Made by a program: the position numbers and the translations under genes. From an uncultured virus (IMG/VR IMGVR_UViG_3300021387_000062) (taxonomy: Duplodnaviria > Heunggongvirae > Uroviricota > Caudoviricetes): DNA of 64,000 nucleotides. Location of the stretch: IMG/VR virus record IMGVR_UViG_3300021387_000062; one strand, written 5' to 3'. The notes below the pieces were generated by a model. The model was not told the origin of the DNA, searched no databases, and worked only from the letters and a program-made list of their open reading frames with translations. This document shows positions 8,424-20,316 of the stretch, one piece after another. The first letter of the stretch is position 1. Each line of letters starts with the position of its first letter.

Positions 8424-10513
8424 ATGCATCTTTGGGAAGTAGAAAAGAATGTAATTTCGAGAGATCTGAAGGGTAAGTATGTTCTACTTTACGGTAAACC
8501 TAAGCAACTTGGGTATTTGTTAAGTAATTAACATCTAAATTGTAGTAAAAACTGGAAGCCTAAACTACTTTATAGTAGCATGGTAATCAGAGCGGAAGTT
8601 ATAATTTAAAAGTTATAACACGCGCAACGCATAGGAATATTAAACATTTGAATATAGGAGGTTGTCCGGAGATGGAGAACTATTTTACAGAAGAACAAGA
8701 ACAAAAAATTATAGAACTTTATACAAAAGAAAAACGTGGTCAATTATATTGCGCAAAAGCTGTTGGAAGTACGAATGTTAAAAAAGTAAAAGAGGTATTA
8801 CGGAAACATAATATTCCCATTCGTAATTTTTCAGAAGCGGCATCTGAGTCAAATAAAAATCGAGCTTTATATAAAAATGAAAATTATTTTTCAACACAAA
8901 GCCATAATATGGCATGGCTGCTTGGTTTTTTAGCAAGCGATGGCACTGTTAGTTCTTCTGATAATACAATTAAAATTGGTCTCGCTGCAAAAGATAAAGA
9001 AATATTAGAAAAAATAAAGCAAGAAGTTGAAATTGAAAATAAAATTGTTGAATATACTACTAATGATGGTTTTGATTGTGTTGATTTGCATTGGACTTGT
9101 GCAAAACATAAACAACAATTAGCAGAATACGGTATTACACCTAATAAAACATTTACTTTAAAAGCACCATTAAATTTGTCACCAGAATATTATATTGATT
9201 TTATTCGTGGATATTTTGATGGTGATGGTAGTGTTAATTTAATTCAAGGTAAAAATTTACGATGGCAAATATGTAGTGCTTCTAAAGATATACTTGAATG
9301 GATTGTAAATACTTTATATAACCAAAGAAGTATTTCAAAAGTAAATGTTCAATCATCTAATATTAATAGAAAATCAACTTATTATTATATTCAATATTCA
9401 ACCAATGCTACAAAACAAATATATTATGCTTTATATACTCCTAATTCTTTATTTTTAAAACGAAAAAAAGATCATTTTGATGAAATCGTTCAAATGAAAT
9501 AAATTCCCACGAGACTACATACTCTTAAATAAGAGTAGAAAGATATGCTGAACTTATAGGAAACTATAAGAAGTAATGGATAAAAAGCCTTTACGATAAC
9601 ATAATTGAAGAGCGGTAAAACTACCGCGGCTTGCTCATTCCCTGATGCAGTTCTCTTAGCATTTGAAAAAGGATATAACGCAATTGGGAATGCATATCCT
9701 TTCGATATAAATAAGTGGTCTGATTTTAAAATGGCTCTGCGAGATCTTGAAGATGCTCGTGCGAAAGAACGTTTTAAAACAGTTATTATTGATACAGTTT
9801 CCATTTGTTGGGAATTGTGTGAAAAATTTGTTTGTCAGCAAAATGGTGTACAAAAAATTAGTGACATCCCATGGGGCGCAGGCTATACCGCATGTAAGAA
9901 AGAATTTGAGACATCCATCCGAAGAATCACACAGCTTGGTTATGGAGTTGTATTAATCGCACATAGCGCATCTAGAGTAGAAAAAACTGCCGACGGTAGT
10001 GATATTGAAATCATTTCACCAGACTTGCCAAAGCGTGCAAGTGAAGTTTGTAATGGAATTGTTGATATTATTGGCTATATTGGTAATGAGTGGGTAAATG
10101 GAGAGAGAAAACGCTGGTTATATACTAGAGAAACACCTACTCTATTCGCGGGGAGTCGATTTAAATATATGCCAGATAAGATTCCTTTCGGATACGACGA
10201 ACTGGTAAATGCAATTGCAGATGCTATTGAAATGGAAGAAAAACGTGATGGCGCAACAGTGGTTGATACAGTTACAGCTAAGTTAGAGACACATCTCAAT
10301 TTCAATGATGTACGTACTAAAGCACAAGAATTGTGGATGAAGCTGGTGGGAACTGGCGATACCGCAAATCCAGAAATGGCAAATACAATTTTAAAAAAAA
10401 TAGAAATGACAATGGGCCGGCGTATGAAACTTAGTGAATTTACGGAAGATCAAGTGGATTTGTTAAATCTCGTTGTTATGGATATGGAAGAATTAGAGAA
10501 GACACAGGGATGA
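8424..10513 (+). CDS. AAA ATPase (Sak4/YorG-like), two exons 8424-8501 and 9608-10513
   Basis: AGGAGG RBS; exon 1 ends YVLLYGKP and exon 2 starts KSGKTT, giving Walker A GKPKSGKT; Walker B VIIDT. Confidence 0.88.
8502..9607 (+). mobile_element. Group I intron carrying a LAGLIDADG homing endonuclease
   Basis: 5' exon ends in U pairing with G in P1 (ACCT^AAG-caa-CTTGGGT); intron ends in G (9607); P7 GCATA 8629-33 / TATGC 9544-48; removal restores frame and P-loop. Confidence 0.88.
8648..9502 (+). CDS. LAGLIDADG homing endonuclease (double motif, N-terminal helical extension)
   Basis: WLLGFLASDG and FIRGYFDGDG motifs; likely start ATG 8672 after GGAGG. Confidence 0.9.
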   Translation: MNIGGCPEMENYFTEEQEQKIIELYTKEKRGQLYCAKAVGSTNVKKVKEVLRKHNIPIRNFSEAASESNKNRALYKNENYFSTQSHNMAWLLGFLASDGTVSSSDNTIKIGLAAKDKEILEKIKQEVEIENKIVEYTTNDGFDCVDLHWTCAKHKQQLAEYGITPNKTFTLKAPLNLSPEYYIDFIRGYFDGDGSVNLIQGKNLRWQICSASKDILEWIVNTLYNQRSISKVNVQSSNINRKSTYYYIQYSTNATKQIYYALYTPNSLFLKRKKDHFDEIVQMK

Positions 10514-10590
10514 CCTGTGTCTTTTAAATTTGACAAATTCGTAAATCTGTGGTATAATATATATAGAATAAAAAATGGAAGGGTGATAAG

Positions 10591-11094
10591 ATGCCCGAGT
10601 GTAGAATTTGTCATATGCCAATTGACAAAACTAAGGGAGAAAATGTTGATTGGATACAGCCATCTAAAGGATGGTATTATCATAAAGAATGTTATTTAAC
10701 GTGGAAAGCAGCGCCGGCAACAGATGAAGATTGGATTTTAATGATCTATGATTTCTTAGCAAGAGATTTAAAAGTTAAATATGATTATTTTTTGTGTGAT
10801 GCACAAATAAAAAAATTTTGGAAAGATAATAAAATCAATCCAAAAGGAATCTTTTTTTCTCTGAAATATTTTTATGAAGTCAAACATAATCCTTGGGTTG
10901 GACACGGCGGCCTTGGTATAGTTCCATATGTTTTTACAGAAGCAAAAAACTATTGGATTGAGCAAGAGCGCAAGAAACATGGATTCATGAAAGCTCTTGA
11001 AGAAGAAGAAAAAGAAAAGGTAGTTATTAAATTAACACGAAAGAGAGAATCAAAAGAAAAATATAATCTTGATGATATTGGAGGCATAGAGTGA
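10591..11094 (+). CDS. Zn-binding replication protein (YorH-like, possible helicase loader)
   Basis: CRIC...YYHKEC and GLGIVPYV; directly upstream of DnaB. Confidence 0.6.
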   Translation: MPECRICHMPIDKTKGENVDWIQPSKGWYYHKECYLTWKAAPATDEDWILMIYDFLARDLKVKYDYFLCDAQIKKFWKDNKINPKGIFFSLKYFYEVKHNPWVGHGGLGIVPYVFTEAKNYWIEQERKKHGFMKALEEEEKEKVVIKLTRKRESKEKYNLDDIGGIE

Positions 11095-12633
11095 GTGGTA
11101 GACAAAAATAGTATATTGCAATTATTTGGCTCACTCATGAAGCGGCCGCAATTTTTGAGTGAAACAGATAAGTATCAGCTAAGTCTTGATGATTTTTATT
11201 ATAAGTTTGATAAATATATCTTTGCGGCAATTGAAAATTTATATCGTGGCGGCGCGAATAGGATTCAACCCATTGATGTAGAAAATTATTTACAGTCAAA
11301 TGGTGCTGCTTCAGTTATCTTCAAACAGAATAATGGAATTGAATATCTACAAGATGCGGAATATTTATCTGAAACACAGAACTTTGAGTTTTATTACAAG
11401 CGGTTAAAGAAGATTAACTTACTGACAAAGCTTCAGAATGATGGTTTCGATATAAGTGAATTTTATATAGAAGATTTAACAAATCCAAAGGCACTTGAAG
11501 TAAATAAAAATTTCGAGAAGTTAGAAATAGATGAGATCCTTGATGCTTTAAAAAGAAAAGTATTAGGATTGGAAAATGAGTTCACTCAAAATGAAGTGAC
11601 TCGTACAGAAAGTGCTTTTACTGGAATTGAAGATATAATTGAAAGCGCACAATTACAAACAGATATTGGTGTACCAGTGCAAGGTGACATACTTAATGAA
11701 GTTATTTCTGGTGCGCGGCGTGGCACTTTGATTATTAGAAGTGCGGCCAGTGGTACTGGTAAAACGCGGCAAGCTGTAGGTGATGCTTGTCTAATTGCCT
11801 ATCCGTTTAGATATGAACCGAAGCAAGATAAGTGGGTTCAAATTGGTAGTGGTTGTAAGACGATGTTTATTGCAACCGAGCAAACTATTCCAGAAATTCA
11901 GAAGATGATTTTATCATATTTGACTGGCTTTAATGAATCGAAATTTAGATATGGTAATTTTACTGAAAAAGAAAATAGAATTATTCGTCAAGCAGTTTGG
12001 ATTATGGAACAATATAAAGATAACTTTTTTATTGTTCAAATGCCAGCACCACGAATTGATTTAGTAAAGAATTTAGTAAGAGAACAAGTATTATTACATG
12101 GAATTGAATATGTATTTTTTGACTATATCTTTATTTGTCCGAGTTTGTTAGGAGAATTTAAAGGTATTAGTTTAAGAAATGATGAAATTCTTTTGATGTT
12201 CTCGACTGCTTTGAAAGAATTAGCTGTTGAATTGAATATATGTATGTTTACTTCAACACAAGTTAATGCAAATGCAGATTCTAATCAAAATATAAGAAAT
12301 GAAAGCTCTATTGCTGGATCACGTGCTGTTATTAATAAAGCAGATATTGGTATGGTTATGGCGCGGCCCAGTAAAGAAGAAATTGATTTTTTTGCTAGTA
12401 CTGGTGAACCTATTCCAACAATTGTAACTGATATATATAAAGTACGAAGTGGTGAATGGACTCAAGTTAGAATTTGGAGTATTGTAGATTTAGGCAATCT
12501 ACGTAAAGAAGATTTGTATATGACGGATTCACGACTTGAAAAAATTGAAGGATATACAAGACATTTCTTTGAAATGGAATGGGAAAATAATAACTTTAAT
12601 GAAATTCTTGAGAAAGTGAATGAGATTAAATGA
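11095..12633 (+). CDS. dnaB: Replicative DnaB-like helicase
   Basis: Walker A AASGTGKT, VFFDYI, TSTQVN, KADIG, YKVR motifs. Confidence 0.88.
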   Translation: MVDKNSILQLFGSLMKRPQFLSETDKYQLSLDDFYYKFDKYIFAAIENLYRGGANRIQPIDVENYLQSNGAASVIFKQNNGIEYLQDAEYLSETQNFEFYYKRLKKINLLTKLQNDGFDISEFYIEDLTNPKALEVNKNFEKLEIDEILDALKRKVLGLENEFTQNEVTRTESAFTGIEDIIESAQLQTDIGVPVQGDILNEVISGARRGTLIIRSAASGTGKTRQAVGDACLIAYPFRYEPKQDKWVQIGSGCKTMFIATEQTIPEIQKMILSYLTGFNESKFRYGNFTEKENRIIRQAVWIMEQYKDNFFIVQMPAPRIDLVKNLVREQVLLHGIEYVFFDYIFICPSLLGEFKGISLRNDEILLMFSTALKELAVELNICMFTSTQVNANADSNQNIRNESSIAGSRAVINKADIGMVMARPSKEEIDFFASTGEPIPTIVTDIYKVRSGEWTQVRIWSIVDLGNLRKEDLYMTDSRLEKIEGYTRHFFEMEWENNNFNEILEKVNEIK

Positions 12634-13679
12634 TAGATTATCAAGAATTAATTGAACAACTTGACGATAATAAAGTTAAAGTGATGCTGGATAGGTTTAA
12701 TATTCCTTATGATGACCGTGGTGATTATCTATTGATGCCTACAGTATGTCATAATGAAGATGTAGAATCTGCATCATGGAAACTTTATTATTATAAGAAT
12801 ACTCATATATTTTATTGTTATACAGAGTGCGGAGGATAGAGTATATTTTCTTTTCTTAAGCACTTTTATGAAACAAGAAATATTACGTACGATTGGTTTA
12901 ATGATATATATGAAGTTATACGCGGTTGTTCTTTTTTTAGTGAAGATGACTATAATCCACATGCATATAAAGCAATTCGAGAAGATTATGATTTAAAGAA
13001 AGAACGAAGAGAATTACCAAACTATCCCGAAGGTGTACTGGATTCTTTTATTAAGTATTATCCAATAGAATGGCTTAATGATGGAATTACTAAAGAAGCG
13101 ATGGATAAATTTAATATAAGATTTTCACCATCGCAAAACAAAATAATTATACCTCATTATGACGTGAGCGGCCGACTCGTTGGAATACGCGGCCGCGCGC
13201 TTAATAAAGAAGATATTGAAAATTGGGGTAAATATATGCCAGTTCAAATAGAAGGGAAATGGTATAGTCATCCATTAAGTCTTAATTTATATGGGCTTAA
13301 CATGACAAAAGAAAATATAAAAGCAACTGGTATCGCATATATAGCAGAAGGTGAAAAAAGCGTTCTTCAAATGGATTCTTTTTCTATTCCTAATTGCGCG
13401 GCCGCCGTGTGCGGATCAAAATTAAATAAGTATGCGCTTGATATATTAATACGAACTTGCCATCCACAAGAAATTGTGGTATGTTTTGATAAAGAAGAAG
13501 TTTCTAAAAATGAAGAAACTTATTTTGATAAACTATATAATATGTGTTTAAAATATAAAAATTATGCTAACTTTAGTTTTATATATGACAAAGAAAATTT
13601 ATTAGACTTGAAAGATTCACCAAGTGATAAAGGTGAAGAAGTGTTTCTGAAGCTTCTTCGGGCACGGGTTCGAGTCTGA
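12630..13679 (+). CDS. DNA primase (TAG at 12837-39 read as Gln)
   Basis: Zn finger VCH...CYTEC, then TAG, then the same frame continues open to IIIPHYD...RGR and TOPRIM EGEKS...CFD. Confidence 0.88.
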
Positions 13680-13689
13680 AAGGAGCAAC

Positions 13690-15429
13690 ATGAAAGTAAA
13701 TCTTGTAAATGAAAACTATACAGAAAACTATCTTGATAATCTGTTGAAGGCGCGTGGTATAACAGACATAGATAAGTATAAGAATCCAAGTTCTATTTGT
13801 TTAAATGATCCATCACTTTTGGATAATATAGATACTGGTGCAATTTGGTTTAATGAAATTGTAAAAGAACGAGAATCAAAGATTTTGCTAATAGTAGACT
13901 GTGATGTTGATGGTTTTACTTCAAGCGCCATCATGTATCAATATATTAGAGCAATAAATCCAAATCAAGACATCACTTATATGCTTCATGAACATAAAGA
14001 ACATGGATTAGAAGATCACATTAAACACATTCTTGAAAGCGGTGTAAATTATGATTTAGTAATTCTACCAGATAGTTCAAGTAATGACTATGAATACCAT
14101 GAACTTTTAAAAGAGCAAGGGACTCGTTGTTTGATATTAGACCATCATGAAATTGATGATGACCAACCCATTAGTGATAATGCATGTATTATTAATAACC
14201 AACTTTCATCACGATATCCAAATAAAGATTTAACTGGTGCCGGTGTAGCTTGGTAGTTTTGTCGTTATCATGAAGCCGCAAGTAATCCATCTCTTCCCAT
14301 TTCGTCTAAATTTATTGACTTGGCCGCGCTTGGAGTTTGTGGAGATATGGGATCTGTTCTTGATTTAGAGAATAGATATATTATGTTAAATGGCTTTAAA
14401 AATGTTAATAATTATTTCTTTAAATGTGCCATCGAAAAACAAGCATACTCTATGAATAATGAAGTTACACCAATTAGTGTCGCTTTTTATATTGTCCCTA
14501 TGATGAACGCGATGATTCGTATGGGGACTATGGAAGAGAAAGAAAGATTATTCCTTGGACTAATTGACGGTCATAGAAAAGTTCCTTGTAATAAACGTGG
14601 TGCAAAAGGTACAATGGAAGAAGTAGCTATTGAATCTCTACGTGAATGTACCAATGCAAAAGCTAAACAGAATAGAGTAACTGATTAGATGGTTGCCGAA
14701 CTAGAGCAGAAGATTTTTAAATATGATCTACTTGAGAATAAAATTCTTTTTGTTCGGCTTGATGAAGATGATGACTATCCACAAGAAGTTACCGGTTTAG
14801 CTGCTATGAAGCTCGCTGCAAAGTATAAGCGTCCAACAATACTCGCGCGCAAAAATGATGAAGGATATGATCGTGGTTCTATTCGTAACGTAAGTGATTG
14901 TGAATTAACAGACTTAAAAAAGTTCTTAACAGAAAGCGGATATTTTGAATGGGTACAAGGTCACGCAAATGCGGCCGGTGCGTCAATTCTTGATAATAAT
15001 TTACATTCTTTCCATCAATATGCGAATGAAGCATTAAAAGATATTAATTTTAATGAAGGTATGTATGACGTAAACTTTATTAGAGATTGGTATAGTGAAG
15101 ATCTTAGTGATCTTATTTATGACTTGGCTGGTAATACTTCAATTTGGGGCCAAAACAATTCAGAACCATTAATTTTTGTGCCAAATATTTATTTGGATAA
15201 AACAGATTATAAAGTAATTGGTACTAATAAGGATACGGTTCGTTTTGAAAAGAATGGAATTATTTTTATTAAGTTTCATGCCAATGATTTAATTGAACAA
15301 TTAAATAATTGTAATGAAATTAAAATTAGTATTGTAGGTAAACCAAATATTAATGAATGGATGGGTAATAGAAGTCCGCAGATTATGATTGAAGATTATG
15401 AAGTCATAGATGACTTACTCGCATTTTAA
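13690..15429 (+). CDS. recJ: RecJ-like DHH exonuclease (TAG at 14254 and 14686)
   Basis: DCDVDG, LDHH, GAGVAW[Q]FC, GSIR, GHANAAG; three track ORFs in one frame separated only by TAG. Confidence 0.9.
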
Positions 15430-15529
15430 AATGATTTTTGTAATTTGGATTTTAATTAATATATATTGGCTAACAAATATTCATTAAGGAAAGTTAATTT
15501 GACTTTCCTTTTATTTAAAAGGAGATAAA

Positions 15530-16291
15530 ATGGTATATCAAGGAAGTAAGAGTAAATATGTTGGAGATATTGTACCAATTCTTCAGCGAATAATTGATAA
15601 AGAAAAAATAGAATGCTATCTTGAGCCATTTGTGGGGGGCGCGAACGTCATAGATAAAATTGATTGTAAGCGTAAAATAGGTTTAGATAAATGTTATTCA
15701 CTTATTAAACTTCATCAGCATGGATAGATAGCGCCAGAAGAAATACCAGCGCATGGTAATCCTGAATGGTGGTATGAAGCGAAAGATATTTATCGTCGTC
15801 ATCTCGGCGCGCCCTCTATGGAAGAAGAGATGGAAGGCTGGCGTATTGGCGCTATTTAGTTCTTTGGTAGTTTTAATCGTGGCGGTTTTAGTCGTGGTTA
15901 TGCTAAAGATACTGAAAAGAAAGATTACTATTATGACGCTTATAAAAATTTTATGGAACAAATTAAGAGTCCCAAATATAAAGATATTGAATTTGAATGG
16001 TGTGATTATATTAATTTAAAATGGCCAGAAGAAATTAAAACTTTAATTTATTGTGATCCTCCATATCAAGGAACCAAACCTTATGGGTATAAATTTGAAA
16101 CTGATTTTGATTATGATAGATACTGGAATTGGGTTCGTAAAATGAGTAAACATCATATTGTTATCTGTAGTGAGCAAACTTTCCCAGAAGATTTTGAAAT
16201 TATTTGGCAAAAAGAAGTTCGACGAACAATGGATAAAACTAATAATTTTAAAGCGGTAGAACGCCTTGGACGATATAAACTTGAAAATTAA
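15530..16291 (+). CDS. Dam-like (D12 class) N6-adenine DNA methyltransferase (TAG at 15725 and 15857)
   Basis: YQGSK, EPFVGG, IYCDPPY motifs in one frame. Confidence 0.87.
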
Positions 16292-16341
16292 AAAGATTTA
16301 TGATATAATATATATAGAAAATAGAAATGGAGAGTGGTTGA

Positions 16342-19300
16342 ATGGAGAAACTGAACTATCCAGGGAGCTTACATAATCATTCAGATTATTCAAATATTCG
16401 TCTGCGTGACTGTATAAATAAACTCGATGATCTTTTTAATTATGCAGGAGAACTTGGACATAAAGTAGCAGCCTTAACTGACCATGAAAGTATTAGTGGA
16501 TGGGTTAAGGCTGAAAAAGCTGCCAAAAAATTGAAAGAAAAGTATTCAGATCTTAAAGTAATTCTTGGAAATGAGATTTATCTTTGTAGAAATGGATTAA
16601 ATGCACAGAACTATAATAAAGAAGTTGATAGATATTATCATTTCATATTATTAGCGCGCGACCCAGTGGGTGCCCAACAAATCAGAGAAATTTCAACTCG
16701 CGCATGGATGCGTAGTTATATGGCGCGCGGTATGCGTAGAGTTCCAACATATTATAATGATTTATTTGAAATTATTGGGAAGAATCCCGGCCACGTAATT
16801 GGTTCAACAGCTTGTCTTGGTGGCGCGCTTCCAACTCAGATTTTAAGGTCAAAAACAAATCCAAGTCTAATTCCGAAGATTGATATTTGGATTGAACAAA
16901 TGGATAAGCTTTTTGGTCATGGAAATTTTTATTTAGAGATGCAACCATCAAAGAATAAAGATCAAATAGATGTGAATCAGCAACTTTATGAATATGCACA
17001 ATTTTTTGATTTGCCTTTTATTATTACAACTGATAGTCATTATTTAAAGAAAGAAGATAGAATTGTTCATAAAGCATATCTTAATGCACAGAATGGTGAT
17101 CGTGAAGTTGATGATTTTTATGCAACAACTTATATGATGGGGACAGAAGAATTAGAATCATATTTTAAATATTTTAATTCTGATGTTCTTCAAATGGCAT
17201 ATGAAAATATTTTAAAGATTAGAGACAGTGTTGAAGATTATAGTTTACTGCGGTCGCTCAAAATTCCGAACTTAAAATGGAAGCCAATTGAGAAAGAACC
17301 AGATGGTTTTGGATATGAAGAAATGTGTATGAAAATTCCAATGTTATGGACATTTGCAGAATCTGAGTATGAATCTGATAGATATTTGGTAAAAGCAGTA
17401 GTACATGGTATTGATATGCATCCAGATCTTCAAAACCAAGAAGCATATGACGAAATTAATGCATGCCTTGAAGATACATGGGTGTCCTCAAATGTGAATA
17501 ATGCACGATGGAGTGCATATTATTTAAATCTTCAAAATATAATTGATATTTGTTGGGAGGCTGGGAGTCTTGTTGGGCCTGGACGAGGTTCCGGTGTTGG
17601 TTTCATACTTTTATATGTGCTGGATATTACTCAGATCAATCCGCTCAGAGAAACAACCAAATGTTTCCGTTGGAGATTTCTTAATCCTGATCGTGTATCT
17701 GTCCTTGACGTTGATTTCGACATTGAAGGCGGGCGGCGTGCTCAAGTTTTAAGTGCGTTTCGTAAATATTATGGTGATGATAGAGTTGCAAATGTCGCAA
17801 CATTTCGTACAGAAAAATCTAAATCTGCAATTCTTACGGCCGCGCGGGGCCTAGGTATTGATGTAGATATAGCACAATATATTGCAAGTTTGATTCCAGC
17901 AGATCGTGGTATGTTAAGAACATTAAATCAGTGTTATAATGGTGACGCTGAAAATGATTTTAATCCGATAAAGCAATTCATTATTGAAATGAATAACTAT
18001 CCAGAACTTTGGAATGTAGCACAGAAAATTGAAGGATTGATCTGTGGTTCTGGTATCCATGCTGGTGGCGTTATCTTTGTTGATGAACCTTTTACAAATT
18101 CAACTGCATTGATGCGGGCGCCAGATGGTACGATTTGTACTCAGTTTGAGCTTCATGACTGTGAAGATGTAAGTCTTATTAAATATGATGCGTTGTCAGT
18201 TGAAGCTATGGATAAGATTCATAATTGTATTGATCTTTTATGTGATGCTGGATTAATTGAGCGGGAGCGCACATTAAAAGAAACTTATGAAAATGTAATT
18301 GGTATTTATAAAATTGAAAGAGATAATCCAAAGATGTGGGAAATGGTTTGGAATCATGAAATTATATCTTTGTTTCAAATGGAAAAACAATCTGGTATTA
18401 ATGGAATTGCAACATTAAAACCAACTTCAGTTGATGATCTTGCAATTCTTAATTCTACAATTCGTCTTATGGCTCAAGAAAAAGGTGGAGAAATGCCCAC
18501 AGAAAAACTTGCACGATTTAAAGCAAACCCAAATGAATGGGAAAAAGAAATGGAACGATATGGGTTGGGCGAAGACGAACGAAAAATTCTTGAACCAGTT
18601 CTTGGTATGTCATATGGTCTTTGTATTGCGCAAGAACAATTCATGGAATTAGTTCAGCTTCCAGAATTGGGTGGTTTTAGTCTGACATGGGCAGATAAAC
18701 TTCGTAAGTCAATTGCAAAAAAGAATCCAAAAGATTATGATGCACTTACAAAAGAATTTTTTGAAGTCACTAAAGAAAAAGGTATTAATCAAAAGTTCAC
18801 AAATTATGTTTGGAATGTTTTGATTGCAATGAGCCGTGGGTATGGATTTAATCAAAGTCATACGCTTGCATATAGTTTGATCGCTCTTCAAGAAATGAAT
18901 CTTGCATACCATTATCCAATTATTTTCTGGAATTGCGCGTGTCTTATTAATGACGCGGGCGGTGATGAAAAAGAAGAGATTGATGAAGATAATGAAGTCG
19001 TAGAAGAAACTTATTCTTGTGATATAGAAGAATTTGGTAATGATGAAGAAGAAGATGATGAAGATGACGATGAAGAAGTAACAGTTGATAAAAAGAAAAA
19101 GAAAACTTCGGCCACGAACTATGGAAAGATTGCAACAGCAATTGGAAAAATGCGTATGAGCGGAATCATCGTTCAGCCACCAGATATTAATAAATCTACA
19201 TATACTTTTTCTCCAGATATGGAAGCAAATGTAATTCGTTATGGTATTAGCGGAATTACACGAGTTGGAGAAGAATTGGTTAAAACAATTATTGCAAATC

Positions 19301-20316
19301 GTCCGTATAAGTCTATTGAAGACTTTTTGGCAAAAGTAAAAGTTAATAAAGTGCAAATGATTAATTTAATCAAATCTGGAGCTTTTGATAGTTTTGGAGA
19401 TCGAGTTGAATTAATGCATAAATATGTTGACATGATTAGTGATACAAAGAAACGTATTACTCTTCAAAATATGAAAATGTTAATTGATTTTGGTTTAATT
19501 CCAGATGAATATGATCTTCAGCGTCGAGTATTTAATTTTAATAAATACATAAAGAAAATGAAATTAAGTGAACCTTGGTATGGATTAGATGCGCCGGCCT
19601 ATAAATTTCTTGAAACTTATTTTGATGTTGATGATTGTGTACCAGATCAATTTACAGAAAGTGGTTTCAGAATTAAACAAGACGTATGGGATAAAATTTA
19701 CAAAAAACAAATGGATATTATTAGACCATACGTTAAAGAACATAACCAAGAATTATTGGAAGCAGTTAATAATAGATTAACTGCGGATGTATGGAATAAA
19801 TATTGTTTAGGTAATTTGAGTAAGTGGGAAATGGATTCAGTTTCATTCTATTCGCATCCACATGAATTGGCTAATGTTGATTTAGATCTTTATATGATTG
19901 ATAACTTTTTTGATTTAAGTGAGCAAGCAGAAGTAGAAAGAGTTATTCCAATTAAAGGCAAACAAGTTCCAATTTTTAGATTACATCGAATTGCTGGAAC
20001 AGTTTTGGATAGAGATAAGGCAAAGAAAACAGTATCATTATTAACTCCAGATGGAGTTGTATCAGTAAAAGTTTATGGAGCTTTTGAAGCTTATGATAAA
20101 CAGATCTCAATGAAAGGTCCAGATGGTAAAAAGCACGTAATTGAAAAATCAATTTTCACACGTGGTAATAAGATTATTGTAACCGGTATTCGTCAAGAAG
20201 AAAGTTTTATTGCGAAAGTATATCAAGCAACTCCATGGCATAGAATTGAACAGATTACTGATATTAATGGTGATAGATTAGTAATTAAAACAGAAAGGGC
20301 AGAAGAAGTCTCATGA
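16342..20316 (+). CDS. dnaE: DNA polymerase III alpha subunit (DnaE-like)
   Basis: PHP HNHSDYS/TDH/TDSHY, GPGRGSG, DVDFD, HAGGV, YGFNQSH, C-terminal OB fold. Confidence 0.95.
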   Translation: MEKLNYPGSLHNHSDYSNIRLRDCINKLDDLFNYAGELGHKVAALTDHESISGWVKAEKAAKKLKEKYSDLKVILGNEIYLCRNGLNAQNYNKEVDRYYHFILLARDPVGAQQIREISTRAWMRSYMARGMRRVPTYYNDLFEIIGKNPGHVIGSTACLGGALPTQILRSKTNPSLIPKIDIWIEQMDKLFGHGNFYLEMQPSKNKDQIDVNQQLYEYAQFFDLPFIITTDSHYLKKEDRIVHKAYLNAQNGDREVDDFYATTYMMGTEELESYFKYFNSDVLQMAYENILKIRDSVEDYSLLRSLKIPNLKWKPIEKEPDGFGYEEMCMKIPMLWTFAESEYESDRYLVKAVVHGIDMHPDLQNQEAYDEINACLEDTWVSSNVNNARWSAYYLNLQNIIDICWEAGSLVGPGRGSGVGFILLYVLDITQINPLRETTKCFRWRFLNPDRVSVLDVDFDIEGGRRAQVLSAFRKYYGDDRVANVATFRTEKSKSAILTAARGLGIDVDIAQYIASLIPADRGMLRTLNQCYNGDAENDFNPIKQFIIEMNNYPELWNVAQKIEGLICGSGIHAGGVIFVDEPFTNSTALMRAPDGTICTQFELHDCEDVSLIKYDALSVEAMDKIHNCIDLLCDAGLIERERTLKETYENVIGIYKIERDNPKMWEMVWNHEIISLFQMEKQSGINGIATLKPTSVDDLAILNSTIRLMAQEKGGEMPTEKLARFKANPNEWEKEMERYGLGEDERKILEPVLGMSYGLCIAQEQFMELVQLPELGGFSLTWADKLRKSIAKKNPKDYDALTKEFFEVTKEKGINQKFTNYVWNVLIAMSRGYGFNQSHTLAYSLIALQEMNLAYHYPIIFWNCACLINDAGGDEKEEIDEDNEVVEETYSCDIEEFGNDEEEDDEDDDEEVTVDKKKKKTSATNYGKIATAIGKMRMSGIIVQPPDINKSTYTFSPDMEANVIRYGISGITRVGEELVKTIIANRPYKSIEDFLAKVKVNKVQMINLIKSGAFDSFGDRVELMHKYVDMISDTKKRITLQNMKMLIDFGLIPDEYDLQRRVFNFNKYIKKMKLSEPWYGLDAPAYKFLETYFDVDDCVPDQFTESGFRIKQDVWDKIYKKQMDIIRPYVKEHNQELLEAVNNRLTADVWNKYCLGNLSKWEMDSVSFYSHPHELANVDLDLYMIDNFFDLSEQAEVERVIPIKGKQVPIFRLHRIAGTVLDRDKAKKTVSLLTPDGVVSVKVYGAFEAYDKQISMKGPDGKKHVIEKSIFTRGNKIIVTGIRQEESFIAKVYQATPWHRIEQITDINGDRLVIKTERAEEVS

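Noticed and set aside
8648..9502. Intein-associated endonuclease
   Set aside because: Has its own start and stop, no Cys/His-Asn splice residues, and is flanked by group I RNA elements
9605..9607. TTG start of the AAA ATPase as given in the track
   Set aside because: Would truncate Walker A and has no RBS; this G is the intron's terminal G
13660..13680. tRNA (GGTTCGAGTC T-loop-like), possible amber suppressor
   Set aside because: Lies in the primase C-terminal codons; no cloverleaf, D-arm or CUA anticodon arm
15753..16019. Separate membrane-like ORF or programmed frameshift inside the methyltransferase
   Set aside because: The MTase frame is continuous once two TAGs are read as Gln
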